From NCBI GenBank assembly GCA_036679605.1, contig JAZDCZ010000294.1, positions 1 through 40,714 on the forward strand: a stretch of 40,714 bases of DNA. The letters run 5' to 3'. Shown here piece after piece: positions 38,293 to 40,714 of the stretch (positions are counted from its first letter, which is position 1; each line of letters opens with the position of its first letter). The notes beneath the pieces were generated by a model. It worked only from the letters and a program-made list of their open reading frames with translations. It ran no database searches and was not told the origin of the DNA. The DNA comes from Gemmatimonadota bacterium (GTDB lineage Bacteria; Gemmatimonadota; Gemmatimonadetes; Gemmatimonadales; GWC2-71-9). The position numbers were made by a program, and so were the translations under genes.

Positions 38293-38424
38293 TCAGACAC
38301 CGCATTCCTTGAGGTAATTCCCAAGGGATATGATCAGGCGCGTGACGACTTGCTGGTGCGAAGGATGGGGGACGGGTGTCACCAACAACTCCCCGTGCAC
38401 GGTCTCGTAACGCTTCCGGTCTTC
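38293..38424 (-). pseudogene. Internal fragment of a third Uma2 gene
   Basis: Translates EDRKRYETVHGELLVTPVPHPSHQQVVTRLIISLGNYLKECGV*; DNA matches 646-730. Confidence 0.85.
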
Positions 38425-38508
38425 GGACCGGCGCCGTTTCCGTCCGTCCCCGTCCGGCGCGCAGGACTAACACTTGCAAAAGAACTGATTTTATACGTTA
38501 TTATGTAA

Positions 38509-39360
38509 GTGCACGTCTTCAAGTACCAGTTTCCCGAGGTGTCCATACCGCCCCCGCGACTGGCTCAGCAGATAGCCATATGGCAAGGAGATGGCCGGTA
38601 TACGTTTACGCGGGAGGACATCGCACACGCGCTCGGCCGTTGGACGACGAGCACCCGCGACACCCTCCGCCGCCTCCAGCAGGCACACCGGGTTGTGCGC
38701 CCCCGGACGGGATTCTACGCAATTGTCCCGCCGGAATACCGCCGTATCGGCACCCCGCCCCCAACGTGGTACATTGACCAGCTCATGCAGTACCTCGAGC
38801 AGCCGTACTACGTCGGTCTCCTGTCGGCGGCAGCCACGTACGGCGCGGCTCACCATCAGCCACAGGAACTGCAGGTCGTCACCGATCGACCGACCCGGGT
38901 CCTCCAGACCGGCCGCGCCAGAGTGCGCTTCATCATGAACCGCCACGTCGTCGAGGTGCCGATCCAGATGGTCAATACCCCCACCGGCACCATGCGCGTG
39001 GCTACCCCTGCGGCCACCGCATTCGATCTCGTGACCCACCTCCGCCACGTTGGTGGAATAGGCAACGTGACCTCAGTTCTACTTACTCTGGCACCGCAGA
39101 TCGATGTCGGCGAACTCGAGCGCCTTGCCAAACGGCACACTCAGGCCGCTGTGCGGCGTCTTGGCTATCTCATGGAGGCCGCTGGAGCAACGCGCTGCGC
39201 CGATTTGCTCGCCTCAAACCGAGTTCCGGGAGTCGGCCGTGCTGTGGTGCCACTGCACCCGGGGGCGGGGAGTGATGACGACGCCCGCGGAAGCGCGCTC
39301 ATCGATGCTCGCTGGGGTATCCGGGTCAACACGGATCCGACGCCCGAAGAGGACGCCTGA
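38509..39360 (+). CDS. abiEi: Type IV TA antitoxin AbiEi family
   Basis: GRY.FT, P..GFY.IVPPEY...G.PP..WYID.LM......YYVGLLSAA..YGAAH.QPQE.QV.T, TP..TA.DL. Confidence 0.88.
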   Translation: MHVFKYQFPEVSIPPPRLAQQIAIWQGDGRYTFTREDIAHALGRWTTSTRDTLRRLQQAHRVVRPRTGFYAIVPPEYRRIGTPPPTWYIDQLMQYLEQPYYVGLLSAAATYGAAHHQPQELQVVTDRPTRVLQTGRARVRFIMNRHVVEVPIQMVNTPTGTMRVATPAATAFDLVTHLRHVGGIGNVTSVLLTLAPQIDVGELERLAKRHTQAAVRRLGYLMEAAGATRCADLLASNRVPGVGRAVVPLHPGAGSDDDARGSALIDARWGIRVNTDPTPEEDA

Positions 39361-39684
39361 TACCGAGCGCCTTCATCACGGCCTGGCGCTCGCAGGTTCC
39401 GTGGGTGCGGGATGAGCAAGCTCGGCGTCGCGCTCGATCGTGGGGTTGCCCCGCCCGCGACGATCGTCGACGCCTTCCAGTTCTACATGGAGCGCGAGGG
39501 GCACCGCGTGTCGCGAGCGGAGTTCGAGAAGAACGTAGCCGAGAAGATGCGCGACAAAGAGTTCGTGGAGGATACGGCTCCGTTCTTGACAACCGATGTC
39601 AGGTTGGATCTCGTGCAGGCACACGCCAAGGTGGCTGCTGCACTCCTTGCGCTCCTCCCGGGTGAACCATGGCGTGGGGACTAG
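39357..39684 (+). pseudogene. abiEii: AbiEii/AbiGii nucleotidyltransferase toxin with large internal deletion
   Basis: N-terminus (L)IPSAFITAWRSQVPWVRDEQ joined out of frame near 39420 to C-terminus ...VALD...YMEREGHRVSRAEFEKN...LLPGEPWRG; NTase core absent. Confidence 0.8.
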
Positions 39685-39765
39685 GGGACTAGGGGAGTAG
39701 GGGAGTGGGGGAGAAGTCCTTTAGGACCCTGTGCTAGGCCGAGCCCGGTCTTCAGACCGGGACCA
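39676..39765 (+). repeat. GGGGACTA/GGGGAGT arm + element B
   Basis: Begins within the AbiEii stop region. Confidence 0.85.
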
Positions 39766-39836
39766 CACGTGAGGGGCCCCCCAGGCGCGCTTGAGGTCTT
39801 TGGGAAGACGAACCCTGGCCTCGCGGTGATCGTCGC

Positions 39837-40134
39837 CTAACGCCCCGGGTGCCAGGGCGTCGGAGCCCGCTTATGATGGTGAACCGTCAGAACGATGATC
39901 TCATCGTTCTCGTACGCGTAGAGAATCGAATAAGGGAATCGGCGCAGAACAACGTGCCTCACATCGGGCCGCAACGGCGGGAACGCATCGGGCATCCGCA
40001 CCACCACCGCCAGTGCTCCATCCACAGCTCGCGCAAACTCGAGCCCAAGGCCCGGTGATCGCGTCTCATACCAATCTTGTGCCTCGAGAAGCTCTGCGCG
40101 CGCTCGTGACCGGAAAGCGCAAACGCGGCGTCAT
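39837..40134 (-). pseudogene. parE: RelE/ParE toxin with a +1 frameshift near codon 7-8
   Basis: ATG 40134 overlaps the antitoxin TGA; total 298 nt. MTPRLRF-[extra base]-RSRARAELLEAQDWYE...LRRFPYSILY. Confidence 0.8.
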
Positions 40135-40352
40135 CCGCCGCGCTTGTACAACTCAGCCTTTACGTCCTCCCAAGGAACGGCAGAATCGGCATCGCTCCGA
40201 TGCTCCGCCAGTCGCCGCTCGGCTTCGTCCAAGACCTCGGGAGGAACCGGGACGGCACCAGTCTCCTGGGCAATGCTATCCCAGATGTCCTCAACCAGCT
40301 GGAGCCGCTCGGCGACGGAGAGCTTACGGTAGTCAAACGCGGGCTTGGGCAT
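40131..40352 (-). CDS. Putative addiction module antitoxin (TIGR02574-like)
   Basis: Full-length paralog of 996-1208. Confidence 0.88.
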   Translation of the reverse strand: MPKPAFDYRKLSVAERLQLVEDIWDSIAQETGAVPVPPEVLDEAERRLAEHRSDADSAVPWEDVKAELYKRGG

Positions 40353-40405
40353 GTGGGAAATCTTGGCGCTGCCGGGCCAGGATGCAAGCCCGGATGACGC
40401 CTGAG

Positions 40406-40615
40406 ATGAGAAAAGGGAAAAGGGAAGACGGCTGAGCCGTAGCACTCACGTCGCTGTTAGCCGAGCTGTTTCGGCCGATCTAATCACCGACTCCTTCCGC
40501 AATCCCCAGCCGCGTGACGACTTGCTGGTGCGAAGGACGCGGGGACTGTCACCTCGGCTGTACGGATGGGGCAAGAGTGCGCGGCCTCCCTTCAGGGTCG
40601 TCCAGCGCGAAGCGC
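40406..40615. other. Mosaic junction of GGGAAAA arm, element A fragment, Uma2 fragments in both orientations and family-C repeat
   Basis: Piecewise matches to 8687-8715, 241-264, 646-694, 794-822 and 20259-20292. Confidence 0.75.
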
Positions 40616-40714
40616 TGCCGAGATTGAGATGAGAAGGCCAACCTCCCGATGGCGGGATACCTTGTAGAGGTTCCCAATATCAAAGGACGGGCTCTTGAGG
40701 CCCAAGAACCAGGA

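Overview
GC-rich bacterial DNA. The protein types suggest Gemmatimonadota, but that is an inference. The window holds a surface-polysaccharide locus: glmS, two SLBB/OPX export proteins, wecB, a priming sugar transferase, GT2/CgeB-type glycosyltransferases, Wzx/Wzy/Wzz, gmd and a GDP-mannose 3,5-epimerase-like gene. It also has a PAPS/sulfate module (cysQ, bifunctional sat/cysC, SLC13-TrkA-C permease). Interleaved with these are about 10 toxin-antitoxin modules and other small accessory genes (2 Uma2 nucleases, Fic, AAA-DUF4143). The most striking signal is non-coding. Most gene junctions outside the 21.7-36.9 kb core operon are built from ~7-nt tandem repeats (GGGAGTA/GGGGAGT, GTGAAAT, GGGAAGC/GGGAAAA, GAAYATC, GGCGGTA). 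They show consistent polarity: a purine-rich arm starts at or inside the stop codon, and the complementary pyrimidine-rich arm lies before the next gene, so genes and TA pairs sit between inverted arms like cassettes. The junctions also carry four families of REP-like hairpins, some with compensatory changes. Five TA modules keep an intact antitoxin while the toxin is deleted, truncated, frameshifted or carries a stop codon, and some junctions are mosaics of scrambled gene fragments. No integrase, transposase, CRISPR array, rRNA or tRNA was found. A repeat-delimited cassette-shuffling system is the leading hypothesis, not an established fact.
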